In this document: positions 19,718-31,598 of the stretch, in pieces
Numbering within the stretch: position 1 is the first letter of the stretch
Layout of the letters: the number at the start of each line of letters is the position of its first letter
Origin: Candidatus Eiseniibacteriota bacterium
Lineage (GTDB): Bacteria; Orphanbacterota; Orphanbacteria; Orphanbacterales; Orphanbacteraceae
NCBI GenBank assembly: GCA_029262235.1
Contig: JAJCZU010000004.1
Coordinates: forward strand, 991,231-1,055,230
DNA length: 64,000 nucleotides
Direction: 5' to 3'
The notes under the pieces: generated by a model
The model's database searches: none
What the model was told of the DNA's origin: nothing
What the model saw: the letters and a program-made list of their open reading frames with translations, nothing else
Made by a program: the position numbers and the translations under genes

Positions 19718-22048
19718 ATGAACGTCGAAGTCGGTATCCTCTTTGCCCTCCTGACCGGGATGGCATTTCTCTTCTTTACCGAAAAGCTTCCTGTCGATCT
19801 GACCGCGTTTCTCGGGCTCGTGATTCTCGTGCTCGGCGGCTTTCTGGAGCCTGACGAGGCGTTCACCGGCTTCTCTTCGACGGCCGTCATCACGATGCTC
19901 TCGATTTTCTTCGTGAGCGCGGCGATGCTCCACACGGGGATGGCGGACATGGTCGCCGCACGTGTCCACAGGACCATCGGCAACAAGGAAATCCCGCTCA
20001 TTGTCGCGATCATGCTCGTGGCCGGCGTTCTGAGCGCGTTCATGAACAATATTGCGGCGTGCGCGGTGCTGCTTCCGGCGGTTGCGAGCATCGCGAAGAA
20101 GACCGCGATTTCGCCGTCGCGCCTTTTCATGCCGCTTTCCTTCGGCGCGATTCTCGGTGGTACGACCACGGTGGTCGGGACGCCGCCGAACATTCTCGCG
20201 TCGGAGATGCTGCGCGAACGCGGACTCGAAGGATTCGCGCTGTTCGATTTTACGCCCCTCGGGCTCATGCTTCTGTTCGGCGGCATCCTGTTCATGATCA
20301 CCATCGGCCGCAAACTGCTTCCCGATCGCGACCACGGCCATACCGTGTCGGCGTCACGCGATCTGACCCGCATGTATCAGCTCGAAAAGAACCTGTTTTC
20401 GATCAAGGTGCCGTTCGGTTCGGACCTCGATGGAAGGACGCTCGGCGAGACGCGGATCGGGTCGACGCTCGGAGTGCAGGTCGTCGGGATTCTGCGCGAC
20501 GGGAAGAAGCATCTGGCGCCGGCGGGGAACGCGCAACTTCTGGGCGGGGACACGCTTCTCGTGCACGGATCGCATTCCGAACTCGAGAATCTGCTCCGCG
20601 TCACGGGTGTCGAGATCGGAGAGGCGGGAGACGACAGGTTTTCCGAATCGGAGGGCAACATCCGGGGGCTCACGGCGCGGATTCAGGAAGGGTCCGGCCT
20701 GATCGGTCGCACGCTGCGTGAGATTCAGTTCCGGGACCGCTACGGCGCCATGGTCGTCGGCATTCGACGCGACAATGTGCTGATCGACGAGGACCTGGCG
20801 ACCCTCGCGCTGCAGGGGCGTGACGAGCTGCTGGTTCTCGGAACGTCGGCGCAGCTCGAAAACCTCGCACTGGAACGCGAATTCGTGATCGCCGGGATGG
20901 GGCGCTCGACATTTCGGGATCTGCAGGGGCATCTGTTTCTGCTTCGGGTTCCGGCGCAGTCGAAGATGGCGGGGCTCACGATCGCCGAAACGCGCATGTC
21001 CGAACTCGTGGGGCTCACGATCGCAGGTATACAGAAGCAGAAAGGGCAGCTCGTTGCGGCCGAGCCTGATTCGAGGATCGAACCGGGAGATCAGCTTCTG
21101 GTCATGGGCGAGTCGGCACGGATCCGGGCGCTGCTCGATCTCGGGAATGTCGAACTCGCGCAGGACGTCACGGAATCCGTCATCATGAGCGACGATCTCG
21201 GCATCGTGGAGGCCACGATCGCGCCGCGTTCGGGCGCCGCGGGCAAGACGATTGCCGAGCTGCGATTCCAGGAGCTCTACGGTCTGCAGGTGCTTTCGAT
21301 CTGGCGCGAAGGGGAAGCGATCCACGCGGGGCTGCCGACGATTCCGCTGAAATTCGGGGACGCGCTCCTGCTTCAGGGGCCGACCGAGAAGATTCAGCTC
21401 TTCGGGCAGAATCGCGACTTCGTCACCTTGTCCGCAAGTGCGCAGGTCGAGCGGCGCACGAAGAAAGCGCCGTACGCGATCGGCGCCCTGCTGCTCATGA
21501 TCGCGTTCGTCGTAACCGGATATCAGCCGATTCACGTCGCCGCGTTCACGGCCGCCGTGATGGTCGTGCTTACCGGCGCGATTACGATGGAGGAGGCGTA
21601 CCGCGCCGTCGAGTGGCGCGCGATCTTTCTGGTCGCCGCGATCCTGCCTGTCGGCATCGCCATGGAGCGAACGGGCGCGGCCGCGCTCATGTCACAGGGT
21701 GTCACCGATATCGCCGGTCCTTTCGGACCGTACGCCGTGCTGGCGGGGCTGCTCCTGCTTTCGAGCGCCCTCAGCCAGTGTCTCGACGGGGCGCCGGCAG
21801 TCGTGCTGCTGACGCCGGTCGCGCTTTCGACCGCCGCCGCTCTCGGGATCGAAGCGCGCCCGATCATGATGGGCGTCAGTCTGGCGGCTTCGGCCGCGTT
21901 CATGACGCCCTTCAGTCACAAGGCCAACCTGCTCGTAATGGGGGCGGGGGGGTACAAGGTCACGGACTATCTCAAGGTCGGGACGCCGCTTACGATCATA
22001 TTGCTGGTCGCGCTCACGTTCCTCGTTCCCGTTTTCTTTCCGTTCTAG
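19718..22048 (+). CDS. SLC13/DASS (CitMHS-like) permease with four TrkA-C (RCK_C) domains
   Basis: LSAFMNN and GGTTTVVGTPPNIL, repeated GxTL/I-E...V-I-R TrkA-C units, and C-terminal FMTPFSHKANLLVMGAGGYK. Confidence 0.9.
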   Translation: MNVEVGILFALLTGMAFLFFTEKLPVDLTAFLGLVILVLGGFLEPDEAFTGFSSTAVITMLSIFFVSAAMLHTGMADMVAARVHRTIGNKEIPLIVAIMLVAGVLSAFMNNIAACAVLLPAVASIAKKTAISPSRLFMPLSFGAILGGTTTVVGTPPNILASEMLRERGLEGFALFDFTPLGLMLLFGGILFMITIGRKLLPDRDHGHTVSASRDLTRMYQLEKNLFSIKVPFGSDLDGRTLGETRIGSTLGVQVVGILRDGKKHLAPAGNAQLLGGDTLLVHGSHSELENLLRVTGVEIGEAGDDRFSESEGNIRGLTARIQEGSGLIGRTLREIQFRDRYGAMVVGIRRDNVLIDEDLATLALQGRDELLVLGTSAQLENLALEREFVIAGMGRSTFRDLQGHLFLLRVPAQSKMAGLTIAETRMSELVGLTIAGIQKQKGQLVAAEPDSRIEPGDQLLVMGESARIRALLDLGNVELAQDVTESVIMSDDLGIVEATIAPRSGAAGKTIAELRFQELYGLQVLSIWREGEAIHAGLPTIPLKFGDALLLQGPTEKIQLFGQNRDFVTLSASAQVERRTKKAPYAIGALLLMIAFVVTGYQPIHVAAFTAAVMVVLTGAITMEEAYRAVEWRAIFLVAAILPVGIAMERTGAAALMSQGVTDIAGPFGPYAVLAGLLLLSSALSQCLDGAPAVVLLTPVALSTAAALGIEARPIMMGVSLAASAAFMTPFSHKANLLVMGAGGYKVTDYLKVGTPLTIILLVALTFLVPVFFPF

Positions 22049-22106
22049 ATCGGCCACTGCGCGATCTGGATCAGCAGTCTGCGTGCGAAATCGGGCCTCG
22101 GGCCCT

Positions 22107-22135
22107 TTGCCGTCGGGCCTCGCGTTCGTTACACT
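22107..22135 (+). promoter_or_regulatory. sigma70-type promoter
   Basis: TTGCCG-17nt-TACACT upstream of the acetyltransferase gene. Confidence 0.5.
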
Positions 22136-22188
22136 GTGAGAAACCGTAGTATCCGTTCCTCTTCATACGCACCGGGAGAATCGAATCG

Positions 22189-22764
<576 letters not shown>

Positions 22765-22772
22765 ATCAAAGC

Positions 22773-24122
22773 CTAAATGATCTTATCCTTCCACTTGTTC
22801 CTGCGGAACCAGAGACTGAGAAGAACGCCTCTTGCGATACAGCTGATCGAGATCATCCACCAGATCCCGAGCACGCCATAGCCGAGGTCGATCCCGACGA
22901 ACCAGGCGAGCGGAATCCGCGCCAGGTTCAGTGATGTGGAAATGAGCGTCGGCGGAATCGTATCCCCCGCGCCCGAGAAGGCGCCGTAAATGACGACCTC
23001 CACCCCCATGAATACCTGACAGATCGCGAGGATGCGCAGGAACACCGCGCCGCCCGCGACCACGTCCGGGTCGGAAGAGAACCACGAAAACGTCCACTCG
23101 GGTGCGGCCAGAAACAGCGTCGTTACGCCAAGACCGAAACCGCCCGCGATCGCACTCGCATACCAAGCCGTTCGTTCGGCACGATCCGGTTTGCCCGCCC
23201 CCAGATTCTGCCCCACCATCGTACTCGTGGCGATCGAGAGTCCATGACCGAACAGATAGGTGATCGCCTCGAGACGATTTCCCACACCCAGGATCGCGAC
23301 CGGGAGCGTGCCGAACTCTGCGAGAAACCGCGTCAGAAAGAGATAGACGATCGTAAAGAGAAACGTGATCGCCGAAGCCGGCATCCCGACCTGAATGATG
23401 CGCCTGCTGATGTAGGAGTCGAATTTCCATTCCGCGCGCGGAAGAACGGGGACCGTGGCGCGCCCTGTCCGGAAGTAAAGCAGATAGACGACCACGAGCA
23501 GCGCCTGGCTGCCGACGGTCGCGATCGCGGCGCCCGCAATGCCGAGCGCCGGCGCGCCCCACCAGCCGAACATCAGAACGGGGTCGAGAATCGCGTTCAG
23601 CGCCAGAGCGCCGGCCGTAATGAAGAGCGGGGTCCGCATGTCGCCCGCCGATCGCAGCACCGATTCGAGAAAGATGCCCGCGAACTGGAAAACCGCGCCG
23701 TAACAGAGGATCGACAGATAACGCACGCCGAGGGCGTTCACGATTTCGCTCGTGCCGAGATGCCCGTAGAGCGTTCTGGCGAGGATCGTGCCTCCGCCCG
23801 CGAGAAACATGCCGGCGAGCACGACCATCCAGCAGCCCTGGACCAGCGTGAGCCCCGCGTCGCGCATTTCGCCGGCCCCGATCCGGCGCGCGATTATTGC
23901 CGTAGCCCCGATCCCGATGATCTCGCCGATCGCATAAATCGACCAGCTCGCGAACTGCGCCGGGCCGCTCGCCGCGAGGGCATCGCTCCCGAGCCGTCCG
24001 ATCCAGATCGAGTCGATGATTACAAAACTCGTATAGAGAAAGAACGACAGCGTAACCGGCCATCCCAGCCGAAAGAGAGCGCCGGAGATCGACCCGCTTG
24101 TCATGTCATTGGTGCTCGGCAT
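22773..24122 (-). CDS. MATE-family efflux transporter
   Basis: About 12 TMs; GDMRTPL, NAILDPVLMFG, GIAGAAIAT and VGQNLGAG. Confidence 0.92.
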   Translation of the reverse strand: MPSTNDMTSGSISGALFRLGWPVTLSFFLYTSFVIIDSIWIGRLGSDALAASGPAQFASWSIYAIGEIIGIGATAIIARRIGAGEMRDAGLTLVQGCWMVVLAGMFLAGGGTILARTLYGHLGTSEIVNALGVRYLSILCYGAVFQFAGIFLESVLRSAGDMRTPLFITAGALALNAILDPVLMFGWWGAPALGIAGAAIATVGSQALLVVVYLLYFRTGRATVPVLPRAEWKFDSYISRRIIQVGMPASAITFLFTIVYLFLTRFLAEFGTLPVAILGVGNRLEAITYLFGHGLSIATSTMVGQNLGAGKPDRAERTAWYASAIAGGFGLGVTTLFLAAPEWTFSWFSSDPDVVAGGAVFLRILAICQVFMGVEVVIYGAFSGAGDTIPPTLISTSLNLARIPLAWFVGIDLGYGVLGIWWMISISCIARGVLLSLWFRRNKWKDKII

Positions 24123-24208
24123 CGTGCGGCCATTCTATCCTTTACACGAGCGGGCGGCGAGGGGATCATTCCGAGGTCAACCTTGTTCGTTCGTCGAAAG
24201 GAGTATGC

Positions 24209-26428
24209 ATGGGTCGGTCCAGCGGGACCCATAGGGGAATCCTGATCGCGCTGCTCGCAGTTTTTGCGCTTTCTGCTTCTGCCGGTTTCGCGCACGCGTT
24301 CGATGCGGGGCGCGCGAAAAAGCATGTCGAGACGATCGCCGCCGATGAATTCGAGGGACGCAAGAGCGGCCTTGCCGGCGGCGTCATGATCGAAGAGTAC
24401 ATGGCGCGCCAGTTCGAGGAATTCGGTCTCGAGCCCGGGGGTGTCGACGACACGTACTATCAACCGTTTCCCATGCTTGTTACTGATGAAAGGTCCGCAT
24501 CGCTGACGCTGCTCGACGGCACACTCGGCGCAGTGCCCTTTGTTCTCGGCGAAGACTTCATGATGATCACGAATTCAGGCAGCGGCGACATCGAGGCCGA
24601 AGTCGTGATTGTCGGACATGGTCTTGCGAAGCCGGACTGGGAGTGGGACGACTACCAGGACATCGACCTGGACGGGAAGATCGCGCTGATCGTGCGCGGC
24701 CGGCCGGTGAACGGGTACGACTGGGCCCGCTACGCGCGTCGCGATTCGTCGATGAAACAGGCGATGGCACGCGGCGCGTCAGCCGTAGTCTGGCTCCCCT
24801 CGTCGCATCCCGTGAACGGGGCCGCGATCAGCGAAGGGTCATATGCGCCCGAAGCGCCCTCTGCGTATGTCGCCGAACGCGTGTTCCGCCTGCTGCTTCG
24901 CGACACCGGTCACAATGTGAAAAGCTACAAAGCCGCACTGAAAGAGGCGCCGACTCCGCTCGCCACCGGCAAACGGATGCGCTTTACCGCCGATGTCCTA
25001 CGCGTTCCCGACGGGCACGCCCGTAACGCCATCGGCCTCGTGCGCGGTACGGATCCGGTGCTGGCAACCGAGTATGTCGTGGTCGGCGGGCATATGGACC
25101 ACGTCGGGGTCGACGGCAACGGGACGATCTACAACGGCGCGAACGACAACGCTTCGGGAACTTCCGTCGTGCTCGAGCTCGCGCGCTCGTTCGCAAAGAA
25201 TCCGCCGAAGCGATCGATTCTGTTCATGGGATTTGCCGGCGAAGAGCAGGGCCTGCTCGGCTCACGGTATTTCGCGAAGAACCCCACAATGCCGATCGAA
25301 GACATCGCCGCCATGTTCAACTTCGACATGGTCGGTCACGGAAACGGCGAAGTGGGCATTGGCGGCGGCGAGTTTCTGCCCGATGTATGGCGGTCCTTCG
25401 CGCGTGATATCGATTCCGACCTCGACTCCATCCTTCACGTCGGCATTGCCTGGGAGGGAGAGTCGAGCGATCATGCGCCGTTTCGCAATGAAGGTGTCCC
25501 CGTTTTCACGACCTGGAGTGAAGGCGATCATCTCTTCTATCACCTGTTCGATGACGACCCCCCGTGGATCAAAGAAGACGCGCTCCGCGCCGTCGGTACC
25601 GCTGCCGAGGGCATGATCGGGGTTCTCGCGAACTGGGACGACCCGCTGATCCCGCCGTACCGGAAGGGGCGCATGTTCCTGACGGGGTCGCTGCAGGCCG
25701 ACTTCGAGGGGCCCGGCCCGAAACAAGGCGTGCGGGTGCCGTATCGCTTTGCGTCCGTCGACTGGTGTCCCGCCCAGCGATTCGGCAAGAACCGTTTCGC
25801 GCTCGACCTCAGCGAAAAGCTGCGCCATGCCGAGGAAGACGACTCTGCCGGAGTCGCGTCGACGCTCAAGGACGCGCATGGCCTGGCCAGGAAGGGGCGC
25901 CGCGCCCGCCTGATCGGAGTCGAAGGCGCGGCGATCGAAGATCTCGCTCCCGACTGGATTCCGCTCCTCGGCAAATTCGGCGTGGGAATCGCGCGCTGGC
26001 CCGGCTTCGTCCCGAAGAGTGCGACCAGCGCCCGTGGCAAAGAAGAGAAGGAGTTCTTCGCGAAAGTCGCAAAGCAGTCCGTGGCGCTTCTGATCGGACC
26101 CGAACCCGAGTGGCTCGGCGTGCTTCCGGCGAGCGGCCGCATCTTCGTGCGGACCGACATCGATGGTACGGCCAGGATCAAAGACCCTGACGGTTATCCC
26201 CTCAAGGGGACGACGTTTGTGATCCTGATCGACAAGTGGGTCGAGCCCGCCCGCGTGGCCGAGCAGGTGCACAGGCTCGGCAAGACGCGCACGCATATCG
26301 ACGTGGTGCCATGGCTCGAAAGCGGTCTGGTCGAGGACGTTGCCGTTTTCTTCGAACAGCTGCAGCGTGAAGGGGATTTCGAGTCGTCAGAAATGCGAAA
26401 GCTTCTCGGCAGAAACCTCGTGAAGTAG
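24209..26428 (+). CDS. Secreted M28 aminopeptidase with PA domain and a degenerate M19 dipeptidase-like C-terminal domain
   Basis: SD AAGGAG and signal peptide; GGHMDH, GANDNASG, GEEQGLLGS, NFDMVG, SDHAPF, YH; C-terminal extension of roughly 250 aa. Confidence 0.85.
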   Translation: MGRSSGTHRGILIALLAVFALSASAGFAHAFDAGRAKKHVETIAADEFEGRKSGLAGGVMIEEYMARQFEEFGLEPGGVDDTYYQPFPMLVTDERSASLTLLDGTLGAVPFVLGEDFMMITNSGSGDIEAEVVIVGHGLAKPDWEWDDYQDIDLDGKIALIVRGRPVNGYDWARYARRDSSMKQAMARGASAVVWLPSSHPVNGAAISEGSYAPEAPSAYVAERVFRLLLRDTGHNVKSYKAALKEAPTPLATGKRMRFTADVLRVPDGHARNAIGLVRGTDPVLATEYVVVGGHMDHVGVDGNGTIYNGANDNASGTSVVLELARSFAKNPPKRSILFMGFAGEEQGLLGSRYFAKNPTMPIEDIAAMFNFDMVGHGNGEVGIGGGEFLPDVWRSFARDIDSDLDSILHVGIAWEGESSDHAPFRNEGVPVFTTWSEGDHLFYHLFDDDPPWIKEDALRAVGTAAEGMIGVLANWDDPLIPPYRKGRMFLTGSLQADFEGPGPKQGVRVPYRFASVDWCPAQRFGKNRFALDLSEKLRHAEEDDSAGVASTLKDAHGLARKGRRARLIGVEGAAIEDLAPDWIPLLGKFGVGIARWPGFVPKSATSARGKEEKEFFAKVAKQSVALLIGPEPEWLGVLPASGRIFVRTDIDGTARIKDPDGYPLKGTTFVILIDKWVEPARVAEQVHRLGKTRTHIDVVPWLESGLVEDVAVFFEQLQREGDFESSEMRKLLGRNLVK

Positions 26429-26473
26429 GGGGGGCGATGGGCGCGCGGCGGGTCCTGTCGCGCTCGGTCGGAG

Positions 26474-26556
26474 TCCGGATTCCCTCCGCCCCTCGTCCTG
26501 GCGCACGGCCAACGGGCCTCGGGGCTCCGGGAACCGGATCCTCCCGCGAGGGGAGG
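26474..26556 (+). repeat. GC-rich hairpin repeat, copy C (diverged)
   Basis: ccggattccctccgcccctcg...cggccaacgggcctcggggctccgggaaccgg aligns by eye with copy A. Stem TCCGG-A-TTCCC/GGGAA-CCGGA. Confidence 0.8.
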
Positions 26557-26640
26557 AATCGGGTCGGGCGTCAAGAAAGTGGGGACGCTCGTCGGGCAGG
26601 AGTGTGATCAGGAGCTTTGCAATTCTGTCCCGTGAACCGA

Positions 26641-26740
26641 TTCTGACTTCACTTCTTCCGCTTCAGTTTCCTTCCGCCTCTGCTCCGTTCCGTCCGCCTC
26701 CGCCTCTTTTCCCACTCCCCTCAGTTCCGTTCGTCTTGTC
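26641..26740 (+). repeat. Pyrimidine-rich tract
   Basis: C/T-rich run immediately inside repeat D. Confidence 0.65.
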
Positions 26741-26838
26741 GGCTGCGAGAGGGGGCAGTTCCCGGAGCCCGCTCGGCCTCCGTAGTGGCCAGTTGGCCAG
26801 GTCGAGCGGGCGGTGGGAAGCTGCCCCCCTCGCAGTCC
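26741..26838 (-). repeat. GC-rich hairpin repeat, copy D (diverged, inverted relative to C)
   Basis: The reverse complement contains ttcccaccgcccgctcgacctgg...ggcca...cgggctccgggaac, matching the C core. It has a long, different outer stem (CTGCGAG..GGGGGCAG/CTGCCCCC..CTCGCAG). Confidence 0.75.
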
Positions 26839-26867
26839 ACAGACGCAACGGACGACCACGCGCCTTC

Positions 26868-28376
<1,509 letters not shown>

Positions 28377-28497
28377 CAAATCGTCTCCTTATTCAGACAG
28401 TCTATATTCAGGTGGTAAATCGCTGTGCATCGTCAGACGGTAAGGCCTGTTCGAATCTGGCGCCAATCATAGCAGGGGAGGCCCCGCAGTTTCGACC

Positions 28498-29112
28498 CTA
28501 CTCGTCGAAGCTCGCCTGCCCCGATGTGCGGTCGAAGAGAACGGCCCGAAACGCCTCGGCGCGGCTTGCCGGGACGCGGAAGTGAATGGCGACGTCCTCC
28601 CCGTAATCGGATTCCGCGCGCACGGCGTCGAACTCCTGCGCGGCCCGGTCGATCGTGGATGCGTGCGGATAGGCGAAGCGGACGTGCACCGACGCCCGCA
28701 CGACGCGCGTTTCGAACGCGCATTCTTCGAGCGCGAGCGCTGCGCTCTCGCCGTAGGCGCGAAAGAGTCCGCCGGTGCCGAGTTTCGTACCCCCGTACCA
28801 TCGCACGACGGCAACGACGAGGTTCACGGCGTTCGTACGGTCGATCGCGGCCAGAATAGGGCCGCCGGCGGTGCCGGACGGTTCCCCGTCGTCGGAAAAG
28901 CGCTCCTCGCGGTTGGGGCCCGCACTCACGCCGACGCGCCAGGCGTAGCAGACGTGGGTCGCGTCGTAGTACTGCTTGCGATGCGCGGCGAGAATCGCCT
29001 CGGCCTCCGCGCGGTTTGCGGCGGGCGTCACGATTCCGAGAAAGCGCGAGCCCTTCTCCTTGATCTCCGCCGTGCCGCCCTCTCTCAGGGCGATGTAGGA
29101 ATCTTTACTCAT
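28498..29112 (-). CDS. yigZ: YigZ/IMPACT family protein
   Basis: KGSRF, ATHVCYAW, SDDGEPSGTAG and VRWYGGTKLGTGGL. Confidence 0.92.
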   Translation of the reverse strand: MSKDSYIALREGGTAEIKEKGSRFLGIVTPAANRAEAEAILAAHRKQYYDATHVCYAWRVGVSAGPNREERFSDDGEPSGTAGGPILAAIDRTNAVNLVVAVVRWYGGTKLGTGGLFRAYGESAALALEECAFETRVVRASVHVRFAYPHASTIDRAAQEFDAVRAESDYGEDVAIHFRVPASRAEAFRAVLFDRTSGQASFDE

Positions 29113-29220
29113 GCCTGCTGCCAGTCATGCTGCTGTCCGGGAGTCACGGCGCCCGTCTCGATCTTCTCATTGCCCGCGGGGGGCTGCGCCGTTACCTTAT
29201 GGTCTGACGAAGGGTGGTTC

Positions 29221-29844
29221 ATGCTCGAAGCCTTGCCGAAAATTTTCGTTCTCATCTATTCGATCGTGATTCACGAGTACGCGCACGGCTGGGCGGCGCT
29301 CCGTCTCGGCGACCCGACGGCGCGCAACGAAGGCCGGCTCACGTTCAACATCATCCCGCATGTCGATCTGGTCGGCACGATCATACTGCCGCTGGTTCTC
29401 GTTTTCACGGGGAGTCCGTTTCTCTTCGGGTGGGCGAAGCCGGTGCCGATCCGTCCCGCGTATTTTCAGAAACCGCGCGAAGGGATGGCGCTCGTTGCGA
29501 TCGCGGGCCCGATCTCGAATATCATTCTGGCGACGATCGCGATTATTCTCTTCCATCTGGCGGGCATGTTCGGCGCGGGCGGCAACTCGGTGCTGCTGCA
29601 GGCGCTCTTCTACGCCGTGCTGATCAACGTCATTCTCGCCGTCTTCAACATGATGCCGATTCCGCCGCTCGACGGATCGCGCGTGATCATCCCGTTCGTG
29701 CCGCCGCCCGTACAGCGCATCTATTACCAGGCCGAACCGTACGGCTTCTTCCTGATTTTCGGGCTCATGTACCTCGGCCTCTTCCGCGTCGTGCTCGCGC
29801 CCGTGTATCGTTTCGTCGTGAACGTGCTGCTCGGGCTGGGATAA
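29221..29844 (+). CDS. Site-2 protease (M50B) intramembrane metalloprotease
   Basis: HEYAHG, GDPTA, FGWAKPVP, AGPISN and FNMMPIPPLDG. Start re-set to ATG 29221. Confidence 0.93.
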   Translation: MLEALPKIFVLIYSIVIHEYAHGWAALRLGDPTARNEGRLTFNIIPHVDLVGTIILPLVLVFTGSPFLFGWAKPVPIRPAYFQKPREGMALVAIAGPISNIILATIAIILFHLAGMFGAGGNSVLLQALFYAVLINVILAVFNMMPIPPLDGSRVIIPFVPPPVQRIYYQAEPYGFFLIFGLMYLGLFRVVLAPVYRFVVNVLLGLG

Positions 29845-29851
29845 CGCGGGT

Positions 29852-30391
29852 CTATTTCACGAGTTTCGAAACCGCTTTGAATTCGTCGGTTCCCGAAACG
29901 CCCATGAGCTCGAAAAGCGCCATCTCCATCGACGTCATCTGCGCGCCCTGCGCATCCAGTTTGCGGATCGCGAGATCGCGATTCTCCGCGGTGCGTGACG
30001 AAACGCAATCCGTTACAAGATGAACCCCGTATCCGCGTTCGAGAAGATGGCACGCCGTCTGATAAACGCAAACGTGCGTTTCAATGCCCGTCAGCAGAAT
30101 CTCCTTGCGCCGGGTGGCCTTGATCGCCGCGGCCATCGCCTCGTCACCCATGCACGAAAACGCTTTCTTCTCGAGCGGTTCGTACGCTTTGAGCGCGTCT
30201 TGAATCGCGGGCACGGTCGACCCGAGCCCCTTCACGTACTGCTCGCTCACGATGGTCGGCACCGTCAGAATCTCCGTCCCGCGGATGAACCGGGCGAGCC
30301 GGTCGGTCATGTTCGCGTGATCGTGAATGTGCGGAAGCAGCCGCTCCTGGACGTCGACGACGAGCAGCAGAGTGTTCTTGCGATCGAGCAT
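29852..30391 (-). CDS. Isochorismatase-family (ISOC/YcaC-like) hydrolase
   Basis: VVDVQERL, EQYVKGLG, KKAFSC and GIETHVCVYQT. Start re-set to ATG 30391. Confidence 0.92.
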   Translation of the reverse strand: MLDRKNTLLLVVDVQERLLPHIHDHANMTDRLARFIRGTEILTVPTIVSEQYVKGLGSTVPAIQDALKAYEPLEKKAFSCMGDEAMAAAIKATRRKEILLTGIETHVCVYQTACHLLERGYGVHLVTDCVSSRTAENRDLAIRKLDAQGAQMTSMEMALFELMGVSGTDEFKAVSKLVK

Positions 30392-30432
30392 GGATGGCCT
30401 TTCTACGCGACGCGTGAGCCCTTCGCGAGGCG

Positions 30433-31554
30433 CTAGCGGAAGAACGATTTGACGTCGCTCCACGATACGGATTCGGTCGCGGTCGTGCCGCACCCGTGGC
30501 CGCCCAGCGTGAGCAGGTACTCGGACCCGCAGATCACGAAGTCGAAGTAGGACCGCGGCGCGGCGAACAGATAGTACGTGCCGGGCGGGAGTACGGCTTC
30601 GCAGACGGCGGTTTCGCACGGGTCCGCGAAGCTCGATCCGCACCAGAACGTGTAGCCTTCGCAGTCATTCTCGTCGCCGCCGGTCGAAACGATCGCGACC
30701 TGCGACTCGAACTCGGCCGTAATCGTGGCGGTCACCGTTTTCTGCTCCGTCAGCGTGAAGCGGTACCAGTCGGTGTCGCGCGTCGGCAGATAGTCCGTGA
30801 CGTACGTCCCTGACTCGCCCAACACGGCGATCCCGTTATCATCGCACACGAGATCGGTCGCCGCGAACGGCATGAAACTGCACCCCCCGTTGAACGCGTC
30901 GACATAGCCGTCGCTGCACTGTTCTTCACGCTCGACCAGATACGTTTCGGGCAACGGGAACGCGCACGTTTCGGGATCATTATAGTCCGTGATGCGCAGT
31001 TCGTACTGCCCGCAGAACAGGTCGTACCCGTCGACTACGATGTAGTACGTCTGGCCCGCTTCGAACGGCATGTTGCGAAGCTGCGAGAGATACGGAAAGT
31101 GGGGGTACGGGAAGTTCGGTCCTTCACATTTGTCGTCATTGCAGGCGAAGAACTGCTGCGGCGTCGTTCCGTTTCGAAAGATGATCAGTTTCGTATCGTA
31201 ATAGGACTGGCAGAGTTCGATGTTCACGTTGATGTCGTTCGCGGGCGTAAACGCGTACACGACATCCGGCGCGCCCGGCGTATTGAAGGGGCAGATCCAG
31301 TCGTAGTCGTCGCTGTAGTCGCACGTGTTGCCGAACGCCGTGAACGGCACACCCGGGATCAGGAGCGCGTCCCCGGCCGTGTCGCCGGCGGGGATCGTGT
31401 CGGGCGCCGCCGCCTGAAACTGTCCCCCGAGCGCCTGCTTGGTCGCCATGACCTCGCTCACGTTCATCTGATGCGAAAGGGATTGCGGAAGTTGCGCCGC
31501 CGCGCCGGCCGGGGCGATGAACGTGAGAATGAGCAGGACCCAGGCGCGTTTCAT
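30433..31554 (-). CDS. Secreted Cys-rich protein with two PPC-like beta-sandwich domains and a C-terminal SWxxVK tail
   Basis: Signal peptide MKRAWVLLILTFIAPAGAAA; PDVVYAF...YDTKL...CNDD...GQTYYIVVDGY and DTDWYRF...GTYYLF; ends TESVSWSDVKSFFR. Confidence 0.75.
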   Translation of the reverse strand: MKRAWVLLILTFIAPAGAAAQLPQSLSHQMNVSEVMATKQALGGQFQAAAPDTIPAGDTAGDALLIPGVPFTAFGNTCDYSDDYDWICPFNTPGAPDVVYAFTPANDINVNIELCQSYYDTKLIIFRNGTTPQQFFACNDDKCEGPNFPYPHFPYLSQLRNMPFEAGQTYYIVVDGYDLFCGQYELRITDYNDPETCAFPLPETYLVEREEQCSDGYVDAFNGGCSFMPFAATDLVCDDNGIAVLGESGTYVTDYLPTRDTDWYRFTLTEQKTVTATITAEFESQVAIVSTGGDENDCEGYTFWCGSSFADPCETAVCEAVLPPGTYYLFAAPRSYFDFVICGSEYLLTLGGHGCGTTATESVSWSDVKSFFR

Positions 31555-31598
31555 GCGTTCTCCGGATGCGAGGGGGGCGGGCGGGAACAGTTCCGATT

